DNA from: Azolla caroliniana
Lineage: Eukaryota > Plantae > Polypodiophyta
NCBI GenBank assembly: GCA_043228905.1
Contig: JBHGNT010000021.1
Span: 3,720,001 to 3,784,000 of the forward strand
Reading direction: 5' to 3'
Length of the DNA: 64,000 nucleotides
This document shows, piece after piece, positions 1-13,156 of this stretch. The position numbers and the translations under genes are program-made. Every line of letters begins with the position of its first letter. The first letter of the stretch is position 1. The notes under the pieces are model-generated. The model ran no database searches. It saw only the letters and a program-made list of their open reading frames with translations, and had not been told where the DNA came from.

Positions 1-36
1 GAAAATAGGCCATATGGTTTTAAATTTCTTACTTAC

Positions 37-1433
37 TTGACATGTTCTCCTTTATCTCCTGCAGTATTATCTGTCTTGGAGTCCTGGAAAAACATCAATA
101 AAGAAATTTCTCATTAAAAAAGAATCCACAGTTCATGCACATTTTGTTTTTCCCTATCTAAGACACTAATCTTTAAAAAAACTGAAGGTTGAAACCAACC
201 TGAGCATTCCTCAACCGTAAATGCCCTCCTAAGGAGGCCCTTTTATCAGTTGCAAGTCTAAAGGGCTGTGGAATGGTGAAATTCGGGTGAGATCGACGCA
301 TGCCACATTGCGTTTGAACAATTGATGACTCTGAATCACTTCCTTTGGTCTCGGCCAGTTCACATTTATTTCCTCTATTATCATTCAGTGCATATTTTGC
401 CAAACATTTTGGTCCATTCTTTGGTATTGGTGCTGAATATCGTTCTTTTGAAACATTTGTTCCATGCTCAAAGTGTTTCTGAACTGAACCCCGCTTGCTA
501 GAGCTCATCATGGAGCTCCCATTCTTCTTGTTAGTTGATTCCTATGTCAGATAATAGAGGGTGATTCAGTTCATCATCCATATTTGGGTTTTCTTTGTGA
601 GGGGATGAAGGCTCCCACGTATACATATAGCATTCAATCAATATCCACAAACACACACAAACTTTTTCACAGGTCAAGAATCACACATTATACAGATACA
701 CATCCACAGCATGTTCAGGTTTTCACGGATCAAGACCCATACATATATACAGGTACACCTAAAAAAGTCAAGACCTACACATATTGATACGCACATAATG
801 TAGATCAAGAGTGAACCCTACCTACACACCTTATGTTATGGTCTTCCTGGTTCAAGACCTACCCAAACACAAACACACAAACATGTTGCATACATACATA
901 CTGTAACTGGAATCTCCCTGGTCAAGGCCTGCCCATGTACAGATACTGGATACACAATGTTACGAACCTACAATACTCACAACACGAAATGTCAGGGCTT
1001 ACCAAGGATCAAGAATGACTAGATACACATAAATTTAGGTATTGTTTTGGGGTTTTCAAAGAGATCGACACCCAACACACATACACACATGCACCTTTCC
1101 ATGTGATTCAATTTTATTTGTTCCTAAGTCTCCACTTGGAACCAAGGCATTCCGCCCTTCCGCTATGTCGTTTTTTTCTTCATTCTCATCTTCATATTCT
1201 CCTTCTTCTTCATTGTCGTTTTCTTCATCTGCTTTCAGGTTTATCGCTTGGGTCATTGATTCCTCTTCTTTTCCTTCCTCCTTTTGGCCTCCTTGTTCAA
1301 GTTTAATTGCATCATACGCGATATCACTTTTATTTCTCTCGATATGAACGGTCAATCCATCCTCCCCTATAGACTTCTCCAAACCTTGAGGTGTGGACGA
1401 GGACCCAACCCCTGCACGAACACTGACATTCAT
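37..1433 (-). CDS. WVD2/WDL-like (TPX2-family) microtubule-associated protein, 5' part; exons 1095-1433, 200-541, ~37-83; gene continues off the left edge
   Basis: The ORFs join in frame across GT-AG introns (542-1094, 84-199). An acidic N-terminus is followed by FTIPQPFRLATDKRAS, matching the WDL-family T[VI]PQPFxLAT[ED]KRA motif. The TPX2 domain is not in the window. A probable 5'-UTR intron lies at 1500-2061. Confidence 0.68.
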
Positions 1434-2528
1434 ATTCCCTCTGCAATGGTGATTTAGGCTGCCCCCTGCCCCTGTCTCTGCAAATATCTATGGATCAACC
1501 TCAAGAGAAAATCCAAAAATAAAACAAAATTGCATTGATCTCCTGCGGGAATAGTCGCATTCAAATATATGAACTAAAAAAAGAAAAGAACGAAAAAAAA
1601 CATCCTTTTCAATGAGAAAACAAGTTATCATTACTTATATGAGTAAGAAGATGATCAGATTGAAATGCGTTTTACATGGATGAAAAGATGATGAGACCAT
1701 GATTCATCATCTACCATGAGAAAACCAATGATCATGAACTACACGATGAGATGATCAAACACATAAACATTTGTTTCATATAAGGATGAAAATACATTAT
1801 AAGGATGGGTAAATACATGTATATGTGTAGAACCATATGATCACTAATAACTAAATTTGATGAAAGCCATATATATGTGTATGTACATATATGTGTGTAT
1901 AAACACTATCGCTGGATGAAGAAACCAGCATAGCATATATAAGTATTCCAAAAATCGGAATATGTGAATAAAAACACCATCTCTGGATGAAGAAACTAGC
2001 ATAGCATATACAAGTACCCAAAAACCAGAATGAAAAGAGCAGAGGCATGGGTTGCTTTTACCTGAGAGAAGACAATGGTCCAAGTCGAGAGAGAGACAGA
2101 GGCAGAGGCAGAGGCAGAGACAGAGCAAGTCCCAATACCACCTTTGTTGTGTGAACAGTGGACAGATTACAAATACATATATAGCTAGGCTATGGCTATG
2201 AGTACAATATATGATGATATAAAGATGGTGGTGGTTTTTGCATATCTCCCAGAGACCAAATTTCAGAAGCCCAAATACCACCTTTTGTGTTGTGTCCAAT
2301 GCACAAATAAATGTGTACACAGAGAGAAGGAAGAGAGAGAAAGGGTGGTTTTCTTCCAGCCTTTTTCAAGAGAGAGAGCAACCCCAATACCACCCTTTGG
2401 GTGTAATAAATATAAGGTATGGTGGTTTCTGGCCTTCTAGTAAAATCCTGGTTCCATGGACAAATATCTCTTCTTAGGCCACCTTTGGGGCTCTTTAATA
2501 ATTCCCTTTGGATCTTATATACATATTG

Positions 2529-2531
<3 letters not shown>

Positions 2532-2569
<38 letters not shown>

Positions 2570-2775
2570 GTGCTGCCTTCTAACACCATGTAAAGCAAAG
2601 CTATGTGATTTTGTTTTATAATTCCAATGAATCAATCACACAAAGGATGTGCTTTTGCTCATGCAAAGGTTACCTATTCTCGGACATTACCTGCCTGCTC
2701 TCTACTACTGCTCTTATATCCACCAACAATTGACCATTAATGTGTGCACCAGTGTCTCTCTCTCTCTCTGTTTGT

Positions 2776-2824
<49 letters not shown>
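2532..2824. repeat. (TG)n microsatellite 2532-2566 and (CT)n microsatellite 2779-2824
   Basis: Directly visible dinucleotide runs. Confidence 0.95.
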
Positions 2825-2827
<3 letters not shown>

Positions 2828-4615
2828 GGCATACATCATATGTGCACGCTTTGTCTGGTTTCTGATTTTCCCATACATATCGACAGTGTTTGGTTGAACC
2901 TTTGCATGCCTGGCCTTGCATGCTTTTATTGTATCATCATGTGCTCGTATAGTCACACAACCACTTGTTTATTTATTTGATTAAAAATCACAAGCTTCTT
3001 TTTTTTTTTTTTTGAAGATGCAAGGGAGGTTGCGTCTATTAGCAAAAGTGTTTCATTGTTTGGGTATTGTATGGATCTTTTAATAGTGATAAATATTTGG
3101 GATCGTGGCTGTGTCAAGATTTGGTACCTACTACCTCCCTATAAAAGAACATCATCAAAGTAGAAGGCGGCATGAAATGGCTTCACTTAATACTTATATT
3201 AATCGAGTGCTCCATTTCGACATTTGAGTTGTGTTACAAGTAGGATTTAAGGCATACATCTAAGGATTATTATATTGTATAAATTCATAAATACCAACAT
3301 ATAGCGAGGAGTGTTGAAGAAAGTTGCTTTAGGTTGACGAGACTCAAATGGAATCATGTAAGTACGACAACTCCAAAATGCCTAATATTATGCAATTGTA
3401 GTAAAATAAAATGACAACAAAAAAAGGCATACATGGAAAAGTTGTGGTAAATGGTGGCATTCATAGTGAATCATGAAGGTGATAATTATGCATTTCATAT
3501 AGCATGTATTATATGGTTTTATGCATGTAATAGGGGAGCCACAAAAACCATCCACATCTTTGCATCATAAAATGTTGGATAAAAACACAATGGTGTGGAA
3601 ACAATAATTTTTCGTGTTTAATTTATAATGCAAACATGAGCTCAAGCTCCTAAGAAAGAGCAACATGTTTATTGGTTCTAGATCTCAACCCTGAAACAAA
3701 CCATGTACTTTTGACAATCCGTGATTTCCTTGATAGAAACCATAAACCTTAGAATAAAATTTATTAGAGAAATTTACATGAGTAAGAAGGCATATTTCTA
3801 TTGGGTCTCTTTTGTTTCACATATTAGTTATTTTAAATGCTTCGTATAGTTTGTGTGAATTTGCATTGGAACTTTCGGCACAATAACAGTAACTATTGTA
3901 ACCTATCAACAAACGACGAATGTGGACACTAATGGAGTGGTGCAAGGTCATGAGCATGCATACAATTAGAGATGTTGCCAAAATATTCCAGTTCGCCAAT
4001 CTTCAACATAATCTTGCACTTTTTTCTATAAACAAACTTTTGTTTCTTTATTTCTATTTTCCAATTCAACAATTTTTTTGGCTTTTCTTTCTTTCTTTCT
4101 TTTTGAGAATCTTACTAAACTATTTCATCGCCATGGAGTTGTTGGCATGTATGAATCATCATGATCCGAGTTGGATTGTATCACAAACCAAGTTCATAGC
4201 ATTGGAGCAAGATAATGAAAGGTTGCTTGGGAAAATGTTGCAAGTAAGTGATGAGAAAGCACATCGATGTAGTTCATGATGGGATGGCAAAATGAATAAA
4301 TAATTTGTTATTCATATGGATAAGATTTGTAAAGGTTGTTACAACCTACCTCATGGTTTCAAGAACATTCAAATCTTCTATCACATGTAACACAAAACTT
4401 GGCCTCGGAAGAAAATTAAACTTACAAGCATATGGAGATCCAATTTCCCACTTAATCAAGGTGTATTTCCTGTGGTGAGGTTGGGCACATTGGACTATAT
4501 GTGGATGGTCTGTCATTGTAAGGCCATATGTCATAACCAATAGTGTTATAGAAGGTGGCTTCTTAAGCAATCCGTTAGAAAATATCTATTCACTTGTCCA
4601 CAACCCGTGGACATC

Positions 4616-5060
4616 CCACTTTCAAACACACGTTCTCTACTTTAGAGTGCTTCAAAACGTTGCAGTGTCCAATCGATACTTTGTTATTGTGTAGGTATTC
4701 AGGTGATTACAGAAGTTTCACCACTTCAAGCACACAATCTCTATTCTAGAGTGCTTCTAAACAATCCAATGATCACGGAAGTTTCACCACTTCAAGCACA
4801 CGTTCTCTACTCTAGAGTGCTTCTAAACGGTCCAATGATTACGAAAGTTTCACCACTTAAAAGCACACGTTCTCTACTTTACAATGCTTCTAAACACGCC
4901 AGTGTTCCAATCGACGCTTTTGTTATTGTGTAGGTTTCCAGGTGATTACGGAAGTTTCGCCACTTCAAACACACGTTCTCTCTACTTGAGGAGAGTGCTT
5001 CTAAACGCTATCTGCTCTGCTGTCCAATCCACACACTTGTTATTCTGTAGGGCTTCAGGT
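4616..5060. repeat. Degenerate tandem array of ~105-bp and ~66-bp units, 5 cores
   Basis: Core CCACTTCAA(A/G)CACACGTTCTCTACT..AGAGTGCTTCTAAAC recurs at ~4616, 4721, 4787, 4852 and 4959. Confidence 0.85.
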
Positions 5061-5139
5061 GACAAAGGGGGTTCAAGTAAAATAGAGGTATTTAGGCAGA
5101 AGAAGAGGACAGTTTCATAAATTTCGTAAACCAGAGGCA

Positions 5140-5147
5140 TATAAATA
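5140..5147 (+). promoter_or_regulatory. Candidate TATA box of the alpha/beta-hydrolase gene
   Basis: TATAAATA 70 bp upstream of the ATG at 5210. Confidence 0.5.
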
Positions 5148-5209
5148 CAAGGCAAAATACAATACTCCCTCAGCCATGGTTTTTGAGTGGTTCTGCAGCG
5201 AGACACGAC

Positions 5210-8200
5210 ATGGCGACGGCGACGATGGCCCCTGCTCACACCATCGCCACCATCGCCACCGTCGTCAATCCTCGCTGTCTCCTACACAATCGAGCTTCCT
5301 GCAATCATCTCCTGCGTGATCCGTTTCTTCGCATTCAGTCGAAGAAGAAGAGGCAGATGATGAAGTCGATGAAGACACAACCGCCGGCATGGCTTCATTC
5401 CGTGCCTCTGCTTCCTCTTTATGCCTCAAGTACTGCGATGGATACGGGGAGTTTCGTTAATGATTCCCTAGATTCATCTCCGGACGCTTCTGTGGCAACC
5501 AGGTAAATATCCATTAAGAATAGAGGGAAAAAAATGCGCGCACACATATATTTGTATATCTGTAAATGGATAGTATATCTATATGTATATGCATATGTAA
5601 ATGGATACATAAACTGTGTTTATCAGTTCCAAAAACGTGCTACGAGATCAAAACACATGCACCAGATGATATCTTTTGCCAGTATAAACCGATGTACAAA
5701 AACCTAGTTTTGTGTAGAGAAACTTATAATGCTGTGAAATTTTCCAAGATATACCTCATTTTTGTTCATAGGTTATGTGGGCATCATGGCATTTGCCTCT
5801 TCTTTGGGGTAAGAATACATTTTAGGAAAATAATTAAGGTAGAAATGAGAGAGGTGAAAAGGATTAGAAGAAAGCCCTGATAATTATGGAGTGCAACCCG
5901 GGTTAAGGTTTCTTGGAATGTTAGAATTTAGCCTAGGTTTAAGATGTATGTGAAAAAGATTTATGCTACAAGTTAATGCCGAAATATTTTATATTAGTAC
6001 TATAACTTATGATGGCTCTAAAACACTGAGGCTATTTTTATGAACGTATTTGCATAGAAATACATTAATTCTCTTCTTACTTCTACCTATTCAGAAACTT
6101 AATAATATTGTTGAAATTCTGTCAGGTTTTGGAAGTGGAAAGACTATACTATTCGATATCAAGTATCGGGTGACACAGGACCTGCTTTGGTTTTAATTCA
6201 TGGATTTGGTGCAAACTGGTATTTTTATCACCTGAACATTAATGGTATGGAAATCTCCAAATACTAGTATGTGGAAGGTTTCTTATCACATATTTACAAG
6301 ATTGATCTGAATAGCACACTGGTTTCTCCTTGTGTGGGAAAGGATTTTTATCACTTATTTACAGGATTGTCCTGAATTTCACAGCAAGAAATTTCGTCTC
6401 GATCATATTATATGAAAATGCTGCAATTTAGTTCATGAGACTGGATATTTCACTCCAGTTTGTGGTGGAGGCACACTGAATTATACTATATAATTTCTGT
6501 AGCACCCCAAACGAACATGAAATGTCATGTTGCTTATTGAAAAGCAATATATTCTTCCAAGAAACTGAAAAACATAAGAGATACACTGATAACATTGTAC
6601 AGACAGATATTGATGAGCATCGTGTGATCATGTCTACTTGCTTTTCTCTTTGTAAGGTTGTTCCCCATGATTGATTTCCTCTCTTTTCCCTCGCTCTATT
6701 TATGGTATCTGTACTGATATTTTCTTCCAGATAGGATTATTTTGTAGTAAACGTGGCCAAATTTAATCCATAATATGGATAAATGGATCATTCTACAGTG
6801 AATAGAGCATCAACAGAGATCTATTTGAAGGTAGACCATTAAAACAAAAGGAAATTCATTTAGCTAGAAGAAGCCTACTGATTGAAGTGGATAAGTTCCA
6901 TGAAGAGAAGATCAATTTCCCAAATGAGAACAATGTGATCAACCAAACAGAGTTGACCTGGTTCAAATAACAGATACAAGATACATTTTTCGTCAGATTT
7001 TGCACAAATGTTTAAAACTATGTGAAGATTATTACACTTATTGCTCTGACTAGACTTGCAAGATATTGTTGACTTGGGCAATTGCTTTCTTGCTTTATGA
7101 GGGCAACTATGTTGAAACTTGATATCAACCAGAAATTCTGGGTTTGTGGGTGAAATCCCCCTAAGAAAATTGAGAGAGCTATTCTTGCTCCTTAGGCTAT
7201 TGATATTGAACAACTGATGGCAAGAATGATTTGGAATATCAACCAGAAATTCTGGGTTTGTGGGTGAAATTCCCCTAAGAAAATTGAGAGAGCTATTCTT
7301 GCTCCTTAGGCTATTGATATTGAACAACCGATGGCAAGAATGATTTGGAATATCAACCAGAAATTCTGGGTTTGTGGGTGAAATCTCCCTAAGAAAATTG
7401 AGAGAGCTATTCTTGCTCCTTAGGCTATTGATATTGAACAACTGATGGCAAGAATGATTTGGAATATCAACCAGAAATTCTGGGTTTGTGGGTGAAATTC
7501 CCCTAAGAAAATTGAGAGAGCTATTCTTGCTCCTTAGGCTATTGATATTGAACAACTGATGGCAAGAATGATTTAGAATATCTGACACTATGGGTCATGT
7601 ACTTTGTGTTTTAAGAATGATTGTCAGACGGAAAGTAGATTTTATCATGATGAGTAGTCAGGACATTGAGATTCTTTAAAAAAACAGAAAACACACATTT
7701 ATGTTGAGGTTATTTAGGCATTGCTCCATGTTAATGCATATGAATATTATTCTATATTTAAGTTCACATGCAGCATTATAGTGTCTTGATATATTTTTGC
7801 AGTGACCATTGGAGAAAGAATATACCTGCACTTGCAAAGAATCATAGAGTATTTGCAATTGATCTCCTTGGATATGGATATTCAGACAAACCTGACCCAA
7901 CGGTTGGCCCCCCGAACTCGATTTATAACTTTGAAAATTGGGCAAGTCAATTATGTGCATTTTGTTCGGAGATTGTGAATGATAAAGTATTTCTTATTTG
8001 CAACTCTGTTGGAGGTGAGCCGTCTCTTCGTTAGCTTTTTGATTGTTTGTTGGTTCTTTAACTATTTAACTATCTAACTATTTGAGAACGAAAATATTCT
8101 TTCATGCTGTGTTTCTAAGTTTTTGATGTCTGTTTTTTTGGCTAAGGTAATGTTTTGGACATTTATTTGGGACTATTTCTCGCAGGTGTTGTTGGTCTTC

Positions 8201-9864
8201 AAACTGCAATATGTGATTCAGATCTTGTCAAAGGTCTTGTTCTTTTGAATATCTCGCTTCGGATGCTTCACATCAAGAAACAACAGTGGTATGTTCAACC
8301 TTTTGTAAGAGCTTTCCAGAACGTCTTAAGGTAAGAATATAAGGATTCTTAAGGGTTGCGGATAGCTAAGTAGTTTTTATCAATGCTTTTGTTCTTGAAA
8401 ATGAGGCACTACATTGTCTGTTTTGTCCTCTTAGACATATTTAATCTACATGATCTGGATAACTTTTGGACTTCATATGCTGCTTGCATACTGGGGAAAG
8501 AGCCCATTTTTTCAACACAATCAGTTCGAGTTTTGTGATTTGTTTTGACTCTTGTGCATTGCATTGAATACACCTCCATATGCTGGCTGCAGCTTTATGT
8601 GTGCTAACTTTGAACAATGTTATTGAATTTTGTTGTTATTTTTTATTGAACAATCATTCAATATTTCTTTGGATTTTTAGAGGATGTTAGTAGCTTTACT
8701 AAATGTTCACATCAAAATATCACCTCTCACACAGCAATATCACTTGGAAGACTTGAGAAAAATTCAGTAGATTAGGAAAAACGAGCTTGTGATTACTAAG
8801 ATGTAGAATGGTTTATATAACCGATAACCACAGATAGCTGGAAACCCAACAGTCACCTATGTAGGTTCACACTGTTCTAACTATGGTCACGCCAAAGCTT
8901 TCATAGGATACACATTGAGTGCAACAATAATGAGTCTAAACCCTAAAGTTTAACATGAAAATGCAGTATAAAATATTGTCATTACTAAGCTTCATGTTTA
9001 TCTTTTGGGTCATAGTACCGAATTCTCAGGAAGAATTTGTTTGTAAACAGAAACACTGATTTAGGGAAGAGTTTTTTCAAAGCTGTGGCAACACCAGCAT
9101 CAGTCAAAAAGATCCTATGTGAGGTGAGTATGGAAGATCTGTGCAAAAGATCTTCTAACTCTATTGGAATTTATTTTATGGATCCTGGATTATCCAATTG
9201 CAGCATCTATTTTATTATTGCAGTGCTACCACGATGACAGTGCTGTAACTGATGAATTGGTTGAAAAGATCTTATCACCTGGGTTACAACCAGGTGCTGT
9301 TGACGTCTTTCTGGATTTCATTTGTTATTCGGGAGGTCCACTTCCAGAAGAGTTGCTGCCTGACATTAAGGTAAAAATAGATTATATATCCATACTTTCT
9401 TTCATTCATTCCATACAAAACTGCATCATAAGGAGTAATGAAGAAATGTGATATAGAGAAGAATTTATGGACATGTAAGATGACAAAAAAGTGGTCATGG
9501 TCTTGTGTTTTTCTCAAATTAGGTGTTTGAGAAACTATTGGATGAGGGAGATATGCTGATTTGGTTTTGTATTTTGGCAATGAAGTGCCCAGTTTTGATA
9601 GGTTGGGGAGATAGAGATCCATGGGAGCCTATCGAACTAGGCAGGGCTTATGGAGCTTATAGCTGTGTGGAAGAGTTTGTTGTATTGCCTAATGTTGGGC
9701 ATTGTCCTCAGGTATCTCTTATCATTTTCAAATAGACCTATGAATAATTTAGTAGTAAATTATTTGTGTTGAATAATTTGTGCTGATTTTTGTAGGACGA
9801 GGCACCACATTTGGTCAACCCTCTAATTGAAAGTTTTGTTTCTCGACATTTAAAAAGTTCATGA
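5210..9864 (+). CDS. Chloroplast alpha/beta-hydrolase, pheophytinase-related (At5g19850-like); exons 5210-5502, 6126-6218, 7803-8014, 8186-8330, 9051-9123, 9224-9370, 9586-9711, 9796-9864
   Basis: All introns are GT-AG and the frame is consistent. Transit-peptide-like N-terminus; LIHGFGAN, DLLGYGYSDKP, nucleophile elbow CNSVGG, WGDRDPWEP and catalytic His in GHCPQDEAP. Confidence 0.93.
7122..7581. repeat. Intronic minisatellite, 114-bp unit x4, near-identical
   Basis: TATCAACCAGAAATTCTGGG at 7123, 7237, 7351 and 7465; a truncated fifth start (TATC) at 7579. Confidence 0.97.
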
Positions 9865-10489
9865 TCAAATAACATTGTAAAGTCTACCAAGTTCCTTTGT
9901 GCTGGCTCAATGAACTTTTGTGTTTTCAGCAAAGATGAGGTCAAGAGGATGAAATCAACCACTTGATTGATTGTTTGATTCTTTCTTTGTATATATGTTT
10001 ACACATACTCATGTAAATCTCTCCATTCAGTGTATGTTTATTAATTAAGATGTCAAAGTGCACGGATAATAATGCAATTAGATGATTTACCATTGCATAC
10101 CCATTATGAATAATGTATATAGAGTTAACGTAAATTAGCGTGATACTCCCAAATACAATGAGTAGTGACTGATAGTTGACCATTGAGTCATGACAAGCAA
10201 ATGTTGATAGTTAGATTGAGTGATTGTAATTTATAGATGGAGGATGAGCCTTGAGAGGAGAAAAATGGTGACGGTGAATGGTAAATCATGAGAGAGTAGA
10301 GAGTGAAAGATCAATGGTCATGTAAAAATATACATATGAGTCATGACTAAAGAAGGTATGCTTGACATGTGGTTGTGGCCTAGTCATGGCACATGATGAC
10401 TCCTTGAGGGAGTTGTTGGATTAGGGCTTTAAAGCTATCCCATGAGCATGCTACCCACCACGTGAGTCAGCAAATGTAGATGGGTATGG

Positions 10490-10727
10490 CATACAAGATG
10501 AAGTATAACTTTGAGGTACCATAATCAAGTATAATTACCTTTTTGTGGCGAAGGGATATGACCAAACACATGATATCAACAATGATGAGGTTTTTGCCCC
10601 AATGATAAGGATGACCACCATTCAAATTGTGATGGTCCTTGTCGTAACAAAAGGGTGGCAACGCCATCATATGGATGCGAATAATGTCTTCCTACAAGGA
10701 GATTTGAAGGACAAAATATGCATGTAA
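10490..10727 (+). mobile_element. Ty1/Copia reverse transcriptase fragment (degenerate)
   Basis: AKGYDQTHDINNDEVFAPMIRMTTIQ...HMDANNVFLQGDL matches Copia RT AKGYxQ..ETFAPV..MDVKNAFLxGDL. Confidence 0.85.
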
Positions 10728-10789
10728 CTTAGTTGGATCAAGTCAAAATCAAATGTGGAATATGTTGATTGAGAAAGTTGTCGATGATA

Positions 10790-11695
10790 TGTTTTTAGTG
10801 TTGGAGACATTATATATGATACTATGTTCTCCTTATTGAGGAGGAGTTTACCACATCTCTTATTTAGGAAAATAGAAAGAAAGGTTTAGATGGTTGTTGG
10901 TACATTATGGGATTCCTGTGAAGTCATGGATGTGGGCATCGCCATGATTTAAAATGTGATAGTTATGGTTTGTCCATTTAATCGGTTCACCATGTTTTAT
11001 GGTTATGTCCTATTGCTAGTGCATTTTGGAAAAGAATGTTGAGAAATTTGTATCTTGTTTATGGTAAACAAGTGTACATGTGGGGTTTTGTGAAATGGGG
11101 AAGGTTGATTGAAGAAATACAGAATTATGAAAAGGAGTGTGTTGATTTTCTTCTCTTCTCCGATGCAAGATAGATATTGGATGTCTCTTATACTACAACA
11201 ATCCATTGTTTGGTAGGGGACTAGGTTTGGTTTATGATATCTTCTTTAGTAGTTTGGGTATTGTGGAAGGCAATAAGTAAATGTTTATTTCAGAAGGTCA
11301 AACAAGATGTGGTCGTGTTAGTCAAAGAGATATGGTTGATGCTTCTGCATACTCTAAGAGGTCAATACGAGGCAATAACTAGTGAGCTTGATGTTGTGTT
11401 TTGTAAGCAACAACATTATAGAGAAATGTGGAAAAAGGCAGAGGTCTTCGTCTCTTTTGGGGAGAGAATAAAGTGGAGATATGCTCCACCAAGATGGCTT
11501 TTTCCGCCCCCCGTCTTGGCAGGACCTTGATTTTAAACATGTAAACGCAGTTGCTAAGGTAGATGTGTGAGGGCTTTTGCTATTTGACATGTTGGTTGAT
11601 GAGGGTATGATAGTTACATTTTCCTATATGAGTTCTTTGTAATTGTTGGGCATCTTTCCATTAGTACCAAGGTGAATCTTTTATTTTAAAAAAAG
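10790..11695 (+). mobile_element. LINE (L1-like) 3' remnant
   Basis: WVLWKA..EIWLMLLHTLRGQY..WRYAPPRWLFPPP resembles the ORF2 C-terminus of the LINE at 41.3-42.7 kb; A-tail at ~11687-11695; 5' boundary approximate. Confidence 0.65.
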
Positions 11696-12976
11696 GTTTC
11701 GTCGAAGCTTTTGCATGCAAAATCTTGTAAACTTGTAGTTTATATATCTATATATGTTAATGTTTTTGTTGTTGTTGTTGTTGTTATCACTCTTAGAACA
11801 AGTTGCATATAGAGTTATGTCGTCAAATCAACTTTCCTTTCAACTACACACTATTAAAAGTTTCTTGTGGTAGTGTTGAAGCCAAAAACTTCCATGATGG
11901 GGACGGTAAAGACTTTGCTCCTAAAAATGAACAAACGTTGAAAAAAGGACAATAACTCATGTGCATGCATAGCTTGCCAAATAAATTCCGTAGTATGCTA
12001 TTTAACATATTGACCTTGACCGCATGAATATGAGTATTTCCATTCAATATTTTGTCATGAATCCAAGGAAATGGTTTCATTAGAAAAGAATTAAGTAGTT
12101 AAATCAAAGCGTTAACAACAACAATTTGTTTGGAAACTCTGATGTGGCTCTTATGGCATGAATACTTTTGCTCTTTTGGTATATGATATACAATGTTCTT
12201 CCTAGTTTGATCTCATTCACAAAAAATTCTAAAGTTTTGACGATTTCAAATTTGTGTTATGGTACACACTTTTGAGCTGATAGCAAAAGATAATCGACAC
12301 TAATACATGACAAGTCCATAGATGTATTTTTCCTACCATGATATTTGATTCAATCAATCTTAGAAATACCAGTTCGCATCTTCAATGTGAGCGCATGTTG
12401 TAGTATACATAAACAAGAGGGTGTTTGGAATTAAGCAAAACTTTGTTCTAGGATGATGGTTATGATGCGATTCAAAAGTAGTATACATAAAGGTGTTTGG
12501 AATTAAGCAAATTACACATGCTTTTATTTGCAAAAGCATTTTAAGGAGAACAATGAAAACATCCTCAATCTTGATTTTTCATGCAAGGTTGAGAACCTTG
12601 TGATTTTTTTTTTTGAATAATAAATAACAAAAGTTGTACATCAAGATTCCCCTTATATTTGATTATGTGTGCTCGAATTCAAAACATGGAATTTGGTTGG
12701 GCCCTCGTTATATTGGGAAATGAAACGCATAATGTGAGGTCAAATATGCCTTTGAATTTTAAAAGACACGTATAGATTCTCATGAAGAATGAAAATAATA
12801 TAAATGACATGGGGTTTGGTAGGATTAATGATAAAACAATGCAAGCATAACTATAAAAGTTAATCACCCACTAGCATCTTCAAATATTAGATAGAGATTA
12901 AGAATACATACCTCGATAAATATAATTGAGTTTAAGAAGGTGTGTGTGGACATACTGCAGCTTGGAGCAAAGAGTA

Positions 12977-13156
12977 ATGACAGCATACATCTACATATCA
13001 ATTCCGGGGATAATAATTTTACTAGCTATTTGTTTGTGTTTTTATTTTGTGGGCAGAAGGAGTGTTGGATTCAATCGTCGTAATGGTGGACGGTCACTTG
13101 GACCGATGACTCCTTCACCACCTAACCCTCCCCCTCCCCCTCCCCCTCCTTATTGA
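12977..13156 (+). CDS. Candidate 59-aa single-pass membrane micropeptide with a Pro-rich tail ending PPPY
   Basis: MTAYIYISIPGIIILLAICLCFYFVGRRSVGFNRRNGGRSLGPMTPSPPNPPPPPPPPY*: a hydrophobic helix, a basic stop-transfer segment and poly-Pro; TATA-like ATAAATATAA ~55 bp upstream. Confidence 0.55.
   Translation: MTAYIYISIPGIIILLAICLCFYFVGRRSVGFNRRNGGRSLGPMTPSPPNPPPPPPPPY

Noticed and set aside
1905-2030. Short local duplications (also ~12400-12510, 22720-22790, 30963-31160, 14775/16006)
   Set aside because: Ordinary small diverged duplications with no further structure
2649-2980. ORFs with (LS)n or (RE)n tracts
   Set aside because: Translations of the (CT)n microsatellite
4616-5060. CRISPR-like appearance of this array and of 25863-26305
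   Set aside because: No unique spacers (the intervening sequence is itself repeated), no cas genes, and a eukaryotic intron-rich context
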